Positions 28,405-37,646 of a stretch of DNA of 64,000 bases are shown here, piece by piece; position 1 is the first letter of the stretch, and every line of letters starts with the position of its first letter. A program made the translations under genes and the position numbers. The stretch is taken from NCBI GenBank assembly GCA_963848965.1, contig CAWKFG010000004.1:352001-416000 (forward strand), written 5' to 3'. The DNA comes from an uncultured bacterium (GTDB lineage: Bacteria; Babelota; Babeliae; Babelales; Babelaceae). The notes below the pieces were generated by a model. That model worked only from the letters and a program-made list of their open reading frames with translations, had not been told where the DNA came from and ran no database searches.

Positions 28405-30906
28405 ATGCCATATCTTACAGAGACTCTTAAAAAAGTCACTTTATTTTTCTGTATCCTCATAGTGTTCATTATTAACCTAGGAGGATCGTTCTTGTCTGCG
28501 CAAGAGCTCAATGAAGAAACGTCTCAAGAAGTGAACGATACTGTAGATGACGATATGCAAGAGGAGGAAGAAGCACCACAACATAAAATTATTCGATCAA
28601 TTATCATTGAAGGTAATACACTTATCTCCCGTGAGGCACTCCTTATAAGGATTCCTTATACAGAAGGAGAAGTATTTAACCCTACAAAAACAGGCGATCT
28701 TATTAGGAATTTGTACGCTTTAAACTATTTTAATAATGTTACGGTAGATATTGAAGATGTATCCCCTACTGAACTTGATCTTTATATTAGAGTACAAGAG
28801 AAAAGAAGAATTGAAGGGGTTACCTATGAAGGAAACAGAAATCTTTCTTCAGATGAAATTGAAAAGAAATTACATCTATCAGATATACCTACCATGGATG
28901 AAGAAGAGTTAGAGCTATACGCCGAACAAATTAAAAGACTCTATATAGAAAAAAACTTTCATTCAGTTTCTATTACAACAGCATTACGACCTACTGAGCG
29001 TGGTACATTTATAGCAACTTTCACGATCTGTGAAGGAAGAAAAGCTCTTGTAAAGCGCGTATATTTTAAAGGGAATAAGTGTATAGCAAGTAGAACCTTA
29101 CGTAAAATGATCTTTACTCGTGAAGATTGGCTTTTTGGCTTTGCTGATAAAGCAGGAACGTATCAACCGGAAGCATTGGAATATGACAAGTATGTTATTG
29201 AAACATATTATCAAAGTAATGGATTTTTAGCCGCTCGAGTAACCGATATTAAAGTAGATGTCGATCCGGTAACACAGCATATTGCAGTAACATTCTGTAT
29301 AGAAGAAGGAGATATTTATACCATAAAATGTGTATCCGCTCCAGGTAATCAACTGCTCTCTGAAGCACAGCTTCTTTCACTTATTCTTATTCGTCCAGGT
29401 CAGCTTTACTCTCGTGAGCTTATTAGACAATCTCTTGAACGTCTTCGTACTGCGTGGGGAAGCTTTGGTTATATTTACGCAGATATAGAACCGATTGTAC
29501 AGCCAAATTTTGAAACAAAAACGGTTGATCTTACTTTTAATAGTGAGCTCGGTACTCAAGTACTTCTTAATCGCGTAAATATCGTTGGTAACTGTAAAAC
29601 GCGCGATTATGTTATTCGACGGGTACTTACTCTTAATGAAGGAGAATTACTTACAACACCTGCTATGGATCTTTCAAAAAGCAGAGTAGAAGCATTGGGG
29701 TTCTTTGATCCTCGTAATGGCGTAGAGTGGAAAATTAATAAAGTATCTGAAGGGCTCGTTGATCTTGATCTTATGCTTAATGAAATAAAAACAGGAAAAC
29801 TATATGGTCAAATTGGCTATGGCGGTGCAGATCCACAGTCACCTTCACGCTCATTCCGAGTAAGTGGTGGTGTCTCTGATAGAAACTTTTTAGGAACAGG
29901 GATACGTTATAACGTTAATCTCAGTTGGTCTCGTGAAGATCGCTCTATTATACTCAACTTGTTCCAGCCATGGGTCTTTAATTACCCTATAGGAGCGGGT
30001 ATTGATGCTTATCATAGAAAGTCTATCTATGAAGATTTTGTAAATATAGCACAAGATGCACCAGAAGAGCGAGTAACAGGAGTTAACGGTCAGTTAGTAT
30101 TTGCACCGCAAAGCTATCCTGATTTGGGTATGGTATTTAACGGTGGTACAGAAAAAATAACGTACTCAAAAAACGTTTTAGCAGCTCCAACTGGAAACAA
30201 AGAACAAAACGTTGCTTTACAAGCGCTTATAAATAGACGGTTTCAACCAGGAATACTTAACTGGCTTGGAGGCAGTATAGGACAAGATCTTCGCAATCAC
30301 CCTGTATTTCCTAGCAGAGGATATAATTGGAGCTTTTCTACCAAAGCTGGTTTAGGACCTCGAACGGGACAAGAGCCAACCTGTTTACCCTATGGTTTCT
30401 TTAAATTTGACTTTGATGCTACCTGGCTTACACCGCTTATTGGAGAATATGATCTTATTTTCCTGCTTCATGGTCACTTTGGATGGGTAAAACCATTTAA
30501 TAACAGCATTGTTCCTTATCGCGAACTATATCATATTGGAGGACCAGCTACAGTACGTGGCTTTAACTACGGTCAAATTGGGCCACAAATTCAGTGCGAT
30601 TCAATAGGTGCTCAAAAAGCATTCTGGGTAAACGCAGAGCTTATATTCTCTATTACGAAAGATCAGTCAATTAGAGGAGTGCTCTTCTACGATGGCGGTG
30701 CTGGCTGGGATACCCCAAATGCTGCTCTTTTCAAGGATTTGCCGTTACAAAACAACAGATTCAAGTACCGTCATTCTATAGGATTTGGTATTCGGCTTAC
30801 ACGCCCTGCACCAATTAAAGTTGATTGGGGCTTCAAGCTTGACAGAAATAAGAAATTAGGCGAAAAATTCTACGAGGTGCATTTTACGATGGCTCAAGAA
30901 TTCTAA
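28405..30906 (+). CDS. bamA: Outer membrane protein assembly factor BamA
   Basis: POTRA repeats (IEGN, YEGN, FKGN, IVGN), TVRGF, terminal Phe. Confidence 0.94.
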   Translation: MPYLTETLKKVTLFFCILIVFIINLGGSFLSAQELNEETSQEVNDTVDDDMQEEEEAPQHKIIRSIIIEGNTLISREALLIRIPYTEGEVFNPTKTGDLIRNLYALNYFNNVTVDIEDVSPTELDLYIRVQEKRRIEGVTYEGNRNLSSDEIEKKLHLSDIPTMDEEELELYAEQIKRLYIEKNFHSVSITTALRPTERGTFIATFTICEGRKALVKRVYFKGNKCIASRTLRKMIFTREDWLFGFADKAGTYQPEALEYDKYVIETYYQSNGFLAARVTDIKVDVDPVTQHIAVTFCIEEGDIYTIKCVSAPGNQLLSEAQLLSLILIRPGQLYSRELIRQSLERLRTAWGSFGYIYADIEPIVQPNFETKTVDLTFNSELGTQVLLNRVNIVGNCKTRDYVIRRVLTLNEGELLTTPAMDLSKSRVEALGFFDPRNGVEWKINKVSEGLVDLDLMLNEIKTGKLYGQIGYGGADPQSPSRSFRVSGGVSDRNFLGTGIRYNVNLSWSREDRSIILNLFQPWVFNYPIGAGIDAYHRKSIYEDFVNIAQDAPEERVTGVNGQLVFAPQSYPDLGMVFNGGTEKITYSKNVLAAPTGNKEQNVALQALINRRFQPGILNWLGGSIGQDLRNHPVFPSRGYNWSFSTKAGLGPRTGQEPTCLPYGFFKFDFDATWLTPLIGEYDLIFLLHGHFGWVKPFNNSIVPYRELYHIGGPATVRGFNYGQIGPQIQCDSIGAQKAFWVNAELIFSITKDQSIRGVLFYDGGAGWDTPNAALFKDLPLQNNRFKYRHSIGFGIRLTRPAPIKVDWGFKLDRNKKLGEKFYEVHFTMAQEF

Positions 30907-30917
30907 GGAGGTGCACT

Positions 30918-31649
30918 ATGATCACATTACGTCACTATGCTCTCATTTTCCTCTGGATTGGATGTATTTTAGGGAGTATTGCCATACTCCCCTATGCTTT
31001 CAGCCTAGCACATCAATCTTTACATGCGCTGTCTTATTCAAAGATTTCTCTTGTAGTCGTACAAAGTGCTCTTCTGTATGGAGCACTTATTATTCTTGGC
31101 TACATTTTTGCACAAAAGATAGGATTTCAAGTTTTTCTCTTTGATCGGTCTGAATATAACTTTTATAATGAACTGCTTATTGGAGTAGCTGCAGGCACCG
31201 TACTTGGTTGTGGCTTATTAGTATTTGATATCTCTTTCTTTACTACTGCACTGCAAGCAACGTACTTGTCTGTTTCACTGACGCTTTTGCAGCCACTGCT
31301 TGCCTCTTTCTATGGAGGAATTAATGAAGAGGTGCTTATGAGGCTCTTTTTACTCCCATTGTGTATATTTATTCTTTCAAAAGCACTAAAAACAGAGCCT
31401 CATTATTGGATCATCTGGGCAAGTATTGTTATCACCGCCTTCATCTTTGGTATCTTACACTTACCTGCTATGCTTCAAGCTGTAAGTCCAAGCCCTTTTG
31501 CTATCTTACGAATTATTATTCTTAATAGTATTGGTGGCATCGTTTTTGGATGGCTCTTCTGGAAAAAGGGGATAGAAATAGCAATGGTCGCTCATTTTAC
31601 TACCGATATTATCATTCATGTACTTCCACGACTTGTGCTTATTTTTTGA
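30918..31649 (+). CDS. CPBP (CAAX/Abi) intramembrane metalloprotease
   Basis: EEVLMR, FGILH and AH motifs; multiple TM segments. Confidence 0.9.
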   Translation: MITLRHYALIFLWIGCILGSIAILPYAFSLAHQSLHALSYSKISLVVVQSALLYGALIILGYIFAQKIGFQVFLFDRSEYNFYNELLIGVAAGTVLGCGLLVFDISFFTTALQATYLSVSLTLLQPLLASFYGGINEEVLMRLFLLPLCIFILSKALKTEPHYWIIWASIVITAFIFGILHLPAMLQAVSPSPFAILRIIILNSIGGIVFGWLFWKKGIEIAMVAHFTTDIIIHVLPRLVLIF

Positions 31650-31656
31650 TACACCC

Positions 31657-31687
31657 AGCTTCTCTTTTTATCATAAAAAGAGAAGCT
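31657..31687. terminator. Hairpin after the CPBP gene
   Basis: agcttctcttttta-tca-taaaaagagaagct. Confidence 0.6.
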
Positions 31688-31729
31688 TATTATCTAGATG
31701 GCAAGCAAAAAAGTTATAAAAATTATTAA

Positions 31730-31749
31730 GGGTTGCATTACTGCAACCC
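31730..31749. terminator. Hairpin after 31779..32171 (-)
   Basis: gggttgca-ttac-tgcaaccc. Confidence 0.55.
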
Positions 31750-31778
31750 CTCTATATAGATTTACTATATCAAGAAAC

Positions 31779-32171
31779 TTAAATAAATCTTTTCACTTCA
31801 GGATGATGGCTTAAGAGCTCTTCTAAAGCTTTTTCTGCACGGACTCGTTCTTGCAGAGTTTTTGCCTGCTCTATGCGCTCTTTTTTTTGTTTATAGAGCG
31901 CTCGAGACTTACTGGGACTAAAAGGTAAATCTAGTGAAAATTCAGAATATCTTTTTGCAAGTTCTTCTATTTGACGAGCTATTTTAAAATATTCTTCATC
32001 TGTAGTGACTGCAGAGAGCTGATTCATTAACTGATCTAAAACTTCTCTCACTTTGATAATTTCTTGAATATGCTTTTGTTTTTCAAAAGTACTTTGTTCT
32101 TCTGCCATCCCAAAAGTCTTAAAACAACCTAAGGAAACAAGGCCTAGAAAAACTATTATATGATATCTCAT
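31779..32171 (-). CDS. Secreted coiled-coil hypothetical protein
   Basis: Signal peptide TFG-MAEE; E/K/Q-rich helices; AGAGG RBS. Confidence 0.7.
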   Translation of the reverse strand: MRYHIIVFLGLVSLGCFKTFGMAEEQSTFEKQKHIQEIIKVREVLDQLMNQLSAVTTDEEYFKIARQIEELAKRYSEFSLDLPFSPSKSRALYKQKKERIEQAKTLQERVRAEKALEELLSHHPEVKRFI

Positions 32172-32351
32172 AAATCCTCTAGAATATTTTTAACGCATTA
32201 AGATATTTCCATAAATCATAACAGAAATAAATATTAAGATAAAGTATTTTTTCTCAAAAATTTAAAAATCAAAGGAGCTAATATAGCACCAGCTACACTA
32301 GCTCCTCCAACCATTTGCCTATAACATCTAGAAACGCTCGTAACTTAATTT

Positions 32352-32930
32352 CTATACAATCTTAAGTAGCTTTTGTGCTTGCTGATTATTGTTAAATGTA
32401 GCCCAATACAAAGGAGTATTACCGCTAAAGTCTGCTATATTCTTTCGAGCACCCGCTTGTAGAAGTAATGTGATTGCTTCTACATGGTTATGCCGAGCCG
32501 CCCAATGTAATGGTGTATAGCCGCTTTTATCTTGCCTATTAATATCAGCCCCTGATGCAATAAGAATTTTTAAAGAAGTTGGATCGCCATGCATGGCTGC
32601 AAGGTGTAATGCACTTTGTCCTAATCTATTAAGAATGTCAAGAGAAGCTCCTGATTCTACAAGCAATTCCACCAAAGCTGAATATCCTTCAAGAGCTGCT
32701 CTATGAAGTGGCGTGTTACCATAGATATTTTGAGCATTGCTATCTACACCTTGTTTAAGGAGCTCCTGAACACGTTGTTTATCTGCCTTATAGACTGCTT
32801 GGTGCAGTGCTGTCTCTTCTTGTTTATGGTGCTTGACTTTGTGGTCATAGCTACTTTTGAAAAAGTAGATACTAGAAGCTATCCCGATAAGAATTAATAC
32901 AGTAGCAAGAAATCGAAATGGCCTTATCAT
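32352..32930 (-). CDS. Membrane-anchored ankyrin-repeat protein
   Basis: N-terminal TM segment, then ETALHQA, GNTPLHRAA, GQSALHLAA, GYTPLHWAA, GNTPLYWA. Confidence 0.92.
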   Translation of the reverse strand: MIRPFRFLATVLILIGIASSIYFFKSSYDHKVKHHKQEETALHQAVYKADKQRVQELLKQGVDSNAQNIYGNTPLHRAALEGYSALVELLVESGASLDILNRLGQSALHLAAMHGDPTSLKILIASGADINRQDKSGYTPLHWAARHNHVEAITLLLQAGARKNIADFSGNTPLYWATFNNNQQAQKLLKIV

Positions 32931-33063
32931 AAAACCTGTCCTTTATCTGTATAGTGGTGCTCTTAAGAAGCATAGTACATTCTAATTTTTCTGCCATAGA
33001 ATATTCTTATCTTTGTAGTATACTAGGATAAAGATAGAAAAATTCATTGTAGTAATAAGGCAT

Positions 33064-34632
33064 ATGAAATATTTACCTACTGATGTAAGCACCTTTAGTC
33101 TTATGATTGAAGGCAATTATCTTTACATAGATAAAACAGAGTATATTTATAACCTTTTTAAAGAAGGTGAATCTCGATACTATTTCTTATCTCGACCACG
33201 TCGATTTGGCAAAACGCTGCTTATATCAACGTTAAAGGAACTGTTCTCTGGCAATAAAGAGCTATTTAAAGATCTTTGGATTTATAAAAGTACCTATAGA
33301 TGGGATACCTATCCTGTTATTCACCTTGATTTTTCGACCATGGATTATGCAACTGTTGAAGAACTGAAACTAAGTTTATCATGGACTTTATCACATATTG
33401 CACAAAGCTATGATATTGATATCTCACAAGCACCCACACCAAGCACTAAACTTACCTTATTAGTAGAACAGCTTTCAAAGAAAAATAAAGTAGTAATACT
33501 TATCGATGAATACGATAAGCCTTTATTAGACAATTTAAAAGATTATGAAAAAGCAGAAGCTCAAAGAGATGCTCTCAAATCCTTTTATGGCACTTTAAAA
33601 GGTCTTGATATTTACTTACGAGCTCTTTTCATAACTGGGGTAAGCAAATTTGCAAAAACATCAATATTCTCGGGGATCAACAATCTTAATGATATCAGCC
33701 TTAAACCAGAAGCAGCACAATTATTAGGATATACCGCACATGAAATAAACTATTATTTTAAAGAATACATACTACAATTTACTCGAGATCAACAGAGAAC
33801 TCCTGAAGCAACCATTCACGAGATGCAGAGATGGTATAATGGTTACAGGTTTTCGGAAAATCCTATAAAAGTCTATAACCCTTTTTCAGTACTTTATTAC
33901 TTAAAAGATCATAAGCTAGCAAACTATTGGTTTGAATCTGGAACCCCTTCATTTTTAATTAAACTCTTACAAAAACAATACCAATCACTTGAAGATCTTG
34001 CCTTAGTCGAACTGAGTTCTGATTCTTTAGGAACATTTACTATTGATAACATACCTCTTATTCCTCTTCTCTTTCAAGCAGGTTATCTTACTATTGCTGA
34101 TTATAATTCAGTAACAAGAAAATTTACGCTTAATTATCCTAATCTAGAGGTTGAGGAATCGTTCAAAAAATATCTTGTAGCAGCTCTTGCCTATAGCAAT
34201 CCAGTAACGGTTGATACTATGCTGTCTCGACTGCTTAGTGCTTTACATGCAGAAGATTTCAACACTTTTTGTACTTACTTGCAAAGCCTCTTTGCTCATA
34301 TTCCCTATACACTTCATATACCACGAGAAAGCTATTATCACTCACTATTTCAATTTCTTATGAGTCTTCTTTCTTTAGAAGCAAGTTCGGAAATTTTAAC
34401 CGATAAAGGCAGAATTGACTCAGTTATTTCTACCAAAACTACTATCTATATCTTTAAATTTAAATACAATACCGATCCAGAAAAAGCCCTTAAGCAGATT
34501 CAAGAACAAAAATATTATGAACCATATATAATTAAAGGAAAGCCTATTATAGCCGTTGGGCTTGCTTTTCATGATGAAAAAGAGAAGCTCATTATTAGAT
34601 GGCAATCAAAAGAGTTAGCATTCACGCAATAA
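33064..34632 (+). CDS. AAA-ATPase-like protein with C-terminal PD-(D/E)XK nuclease domain
   Basis: YIDKT, SRPRRFGKT, LIDEYDKP, WYNGY, YNPFS, YWFESGTP, GRID...IFKFK. Confidence 0.92.
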   Translation: MKYLPTDVSTFSLMIEGNYLYIDKTEYIYNLFKEGESRYYFLSRPRRFGKTLLISTLKELFSGNKELFKDLWIYKSTYRWDTYPVIHLDFSTMDYATVEELKLSLSWTLSHIAQSYDIDISQAPTPSTKLTLLVEQLSKKNKVVILIDEYDKPLLDNLKDYEKAEAQRDALKSFYGTLKGLDIYLRALFITGVSKFAKTSIFSGINNLNDISLKPEAAQLLGYTAHEINYYFKEYILQFTRDQQRTPEATIHEMQRWYNGYRFSENPIKVYNPFSVLYYLKDHKLANYWFESGTPSFLIKLLQKQYQSLEDLALVELSSDSLGTFTIDNIPLIPLLFQAGYLTIADYNSVTRKFTLNYPNLEVEESFKKYLVAALAYSNPVTVDTMLSRLLSALHAEDFNTFCTYLQSLFAHIPYTLHIPRESYYHSLFQFLMSLLSLEASSEILTDKGRIDSVISTKTTIYIFKFKYNTDPEKALKQIQEQKYYEPYIIKGKPIIAVGLAFHDEKEKLIIRWQSKELAFTQ

Positions 34633-35782
34633 ATTCTTTATAAGGTACAGCAAGAATTTGATCTCTACGCTCTAAAATATCTATGAAAAATTCTGGCGTA
34701 CAAGAATCCAATCCTTCTTTGAGAGCATCTTCATAAATCATACTTAGTACTTCATAAGTAAGTTGTGTATACTTCTCAAGAGTGGATTTTGAATAAATAT
34801 TTGTAAAGTTAATACGTGGCTTTAGAGTATTATCAGGATTTTCGGAAGAGCTCTTATAAAATTGAATCCATAAAGCATTATGCCACAAAACGATAGGCAA
34901 CTGCGAAATACCTAGATTGTTCCAACCTTGGACAAATCTTATAGGAACGGTATACTCTTTTCCTTTAAGTCGCTTACTTGAGCATTCCAGCGTATCTAAA
35001 GATACCATAGGTGACTCTGATAATTTTCTTTTACGGGATTCACTTTCTGATACTAACTCACCTCTCTTTATCTCTATACACACGGGAAGTGTTATCCAAA
35101 ACTCTTCTTCAAAAGGGAATGTTCCTTTATAAGAAAAGTGAGGCTCAAAACCAATCTGACGAATAAAAGAATGGTACCCATACCGTGTCTTACTCCAGGT
35201 TATTATTGCAGCGTTATCAATAAGCGCCAGCTTTGCTCTCCCCTTATGGTAAGCAATAATTTGGTTTCCTGCATGGTTATCCCATTGACCAAAAATGAAA
35301 TAAAATAAGTACATATCACTTTTTTCTTTTTCAGAAAGCAGAGTAAATGCAGTTTTGTTGTGCCGTGATTTTAAAAGGTCAAAAGGTGATTCTACAAAAA
35401 ATTGAAGGCTTCCTCGCTTTCCTTGATACTCTCTTAACACCGTAGGCGGTACTAAGCGCTGCCCTAGCCAGATGCTCGCTTTATATGCAGCAATCTCACC
35501 ATAAGAAAATCGTAACTCATCTTCAGGCTTAAAAACAGCTTTAAGACCGTTTGCAAGTGTAGCAAGATAGACCTTTTTAGTGTAATGTGCTTTTTTATTT
35601 TGTTCGCTTAAATATTCTCTCATATCTTTAAGCGCTACAATAGGCTGAGTTCTCAGTTGTTCTTCAATGCTCTTAAGGTCTAAAGTATCGTCCCATAACG
35701 GTTGTACTCTATCAGGAGCTTCCATACCATATGCCAAAGAGAGAGTACCTAGTATACTGATAAAAGAGAGACATCTTATCAT
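34622..35782 (-). CDS. Secreted atypical kinase, PI4K-II/FAM20-like, catalytic motifs intact (array copy 4)
   Basis: AVFKP, YGEIAAY, LVPPT, GSLQFFVE, GQWDNHAGN, LIDNA. Confidence 0.8.
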   Translation of the reverse strand: MIRCLSFISILGTLSLAYGMEAPDRVQPLWDDTLDLKSIEEQLRTQPIVALKDMREYLSEQNKKAHYTKKVYLATLANGLKAVFKPEDELRFSYGEIAAYKASIWLGQRLVPPTVLREYQGKRGSLQFFVESPFDLLKSRHNKTAFTLLSEKEKSDMYLFYFIFGQWDNHAGNQIIAYHKGRAKLALIDNAAIITWSKTRYGYHSFIRQIGFEPHFSYKGTFPFEEEFWITLPVCIEIKRGELVSESESRKRKLSESPMVSLDTLECSSKRLKGKEYTVPIRFVQGWNNLGISQLPIVLWHNALWIQFYKSSSENPDNTLKPRINFTNIYSKSTLEKYTQLTYEVLSMIYEDALKEGLDSCTPEFFIDILERRDQILAVPYKEFIA

Positions 35783-35891
35783 AGCTTATACCTTTCCTTT
35801 ACACAGTATTACAGGTGACTATCAAAAACAGCTTTAAAGCTATACAGCTCTGTATAAACCAGGATACTACTGTTATAAAAACAAGCAAGAG

Positions 35892-36737
35892 TTATGGTAC
35901 AAGCACTTTGTGCGATGCTGCGAGTATTTGGTTTTTTCGCTCTAAAATATCATTAAAAAAAGCTGGTGTACAATCAGCAACATTATGCGTTAATGCATCT
36001 TCAAATATCCAATGCAAAACATCAAGAGAAAGCTCTTTATACCGCTTGAGTGTCTGTTTTGAATATACAAATGGATACAAGAGCAACGAAGAATCTTTTT
36101 TATTCTTTGCTACTATTTTATTCCACACTATATGTCTCTTTCTCTTTACAAGAGAAGAGCTATCGATGATAGCAGCATGCCCTTTGCCATTTTTATCAAT
36201 TGCTATAAGCTTGTTACCCCAATGAGCAGAGATTCTTCCTCTAAAAACAAAGTAAAAAAGAGCCATATCACTCTTAGTTTTAGCAGAAAGCAACTTTAAA
36301 GCACGCTCTCTATCTTCTTGCTTAAAGAGGTCAAAAGGAGTCTCTACAAAAAATTGTAAACTTCCTCGTTGTCCTTTATAGTCCCGCACTACTGTTGGAG
36401 GCACTAACTGTTGCCCCAGCCACAGACTCGCTCTATATGCAGCGGTTTCTCCGTAGGGCGATTGTTCTTTACTCTCTGGCTTAAAAACAGCCTTAAGACC
36501 ATTTTCGAGTGTCACAAGATACACAGCATGCTGAAAAGAATCCTGTTTCTGATTCTCTTTCAAATATGCTCTCATCTCTTTTGACGAAACTATAGGCTGC
36601 GTTTTTAATTGCCTTTCAATTTCATTTATGTTTAAAGCACTATCCCAAACAGGTTGCTTTGTATAGTTTTCACCATTGACGTAAAACATAGAAAAAGCAA
36701 ATATACTACAGAAAAGCCAAGAACTATAAGAGAGCAT
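35892..36737 (-). CDS. Secreted pseudokinase paralog (array copy 3)
   Basis: AVFKP, YGETAAY and GSLQFFVE retained; catalytic loop is RGRISAHWGN (no Asp); IIDSS. Confidence 0.75.
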   Translation of the reverse strand: MLSYSSWLFCSIFAFSMFYVNGENYTKQPVWDSALNINEIERQLKTQPIVSSKEMRAYLKENQKQDSFQHAVYLVTLENGLKAVFKPESKEQSPYGETAAYRASLWLGQQLVPPTVVRDYKGQRGSLQFFVETPFDLFKQEDRERALKLLSAKTKSDMALFYFVFRGRISAHWGNKLIAIDKNGKGHAAIIDSSSLVKRKRHIVWNKIVAKNKKDSSLLLYPFVYSKQTLKRYKELSLDVLHWIFEDALTHNVADCTPAFFNDILERKNQILAASHKVLVP

Positions 36738-36767
36738 ACTATTTCCTTTCGTAATAAAGATGTGTTC

Positions 36768-37619
36768 TTAAGGTACAAGTTTTTTATGTGGAACCGCAAG
36801 CATGTAGTCTCTTCCTTTTAGAAGAGCAGCAAAAAATTCTGGTGTACAAGAGGGAACTTTGTCTTTAAGCGCATCAATAAAAATTTCTTGAAGCACTTCA
36901 AGAGAAAGCGCTTTATAACGTTTAAGAGTAGCTTTTGAGTAAACAGAAGGCCATTCACTCTCTAGCTTTCTTGTTTGCAGCACAGGTGGCATCTGCCTTA
37001 AATGCTGTGTCATAATAGAAGCATTATCAATCAATGCAAGATGCGCTTTACCATCTTTGCCAAGAGCTACAAGTTGGTTACCAGAGTGCGATCCTTTATG
37101 TTTAAAAATACAACCAAAAAGCTGTGCATCACTTAACACTTTAGGCGATAACATACGAAAAGCCTTTTTTTCGTGTTTTGGATTTACAAGATCAAAGGGA
37201 GATTCTACAAAAAATTGGAGACTGCCTTTTATACCTTTATGCTCTCTTAATACTACAGGAGGAACTAAGCGTTGCCCAAGCCAGAGACTTGCCCTATAGG
37301 CAGCAAGCTCTCCATAGTGATAATTTTTTGGGCCACCTGGCTTAAACACTGCTTTTAAGCCATTTGCAAGCAGAGCAACATATACCTTATTGTGAAACTT
37401 TGCTTCTTTTCCTTGTTTTTTTAAATATTTACTCATGCTCGTAAGCCTAGCAATAGGCTGTGATGCTAAGTGCTTTTCTATCACAGCAAAATCAAGCGTA
37501 TTATCCCAGAGAGGCTGTTTTACGTAATGCTTCTGATCACTTGTAGCATATACAGAAGCACACATAAGAAAATATAAGTAAAAGTGTTGTCTTATAAGCA
37601 TAGTACTTCTTTTCAACAT
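36768..37619 (-). CDS. Secreted pseudokinase paralog (array copy 2)
   Basis: AVFKP, YGELAAY, GSLQFFVE and LIDNA retained; catalytic loop is KHKGSHSGN (Asp replaced by Gly). Confidence 0.75.
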   Translation of the reverse strand: MLKRSTMLIRQHFYLYFLMCASVYATSDQKHYVKQPLWDNTLDFAVIEKHLASQPIARLTSMSKYLKKQGKEAKFHNKVYVALLANGLKAVFKPGGPKNYHYGELAAYRASLWLGQRLVPPVVLREHKGIKGSLQFFVESPFDLVNPKHEKKAFRMLSPKVLSDAQLFGCIFKHKGSHSGNQLVALGKDGKAHLALIDNASIMTQHLRQMPPVLQTRKLESEWPSVYSKATLKRYKALSLEVLQEIFIDALKDKVPSCTPEFFAALLKGRDYMLAVPHKKLVP

Positions 37620-37646
37620 GAATTAACCTTTCAATGAGTAGTCTTC

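Noticed and set aside
28272..28511. 79-aa N-terminal extension of CysS overlapping bamA
   Set aside because: Longest-ORF artefact; GTG at 28271 has an RBS and leaves a normal divergent promoter gap.
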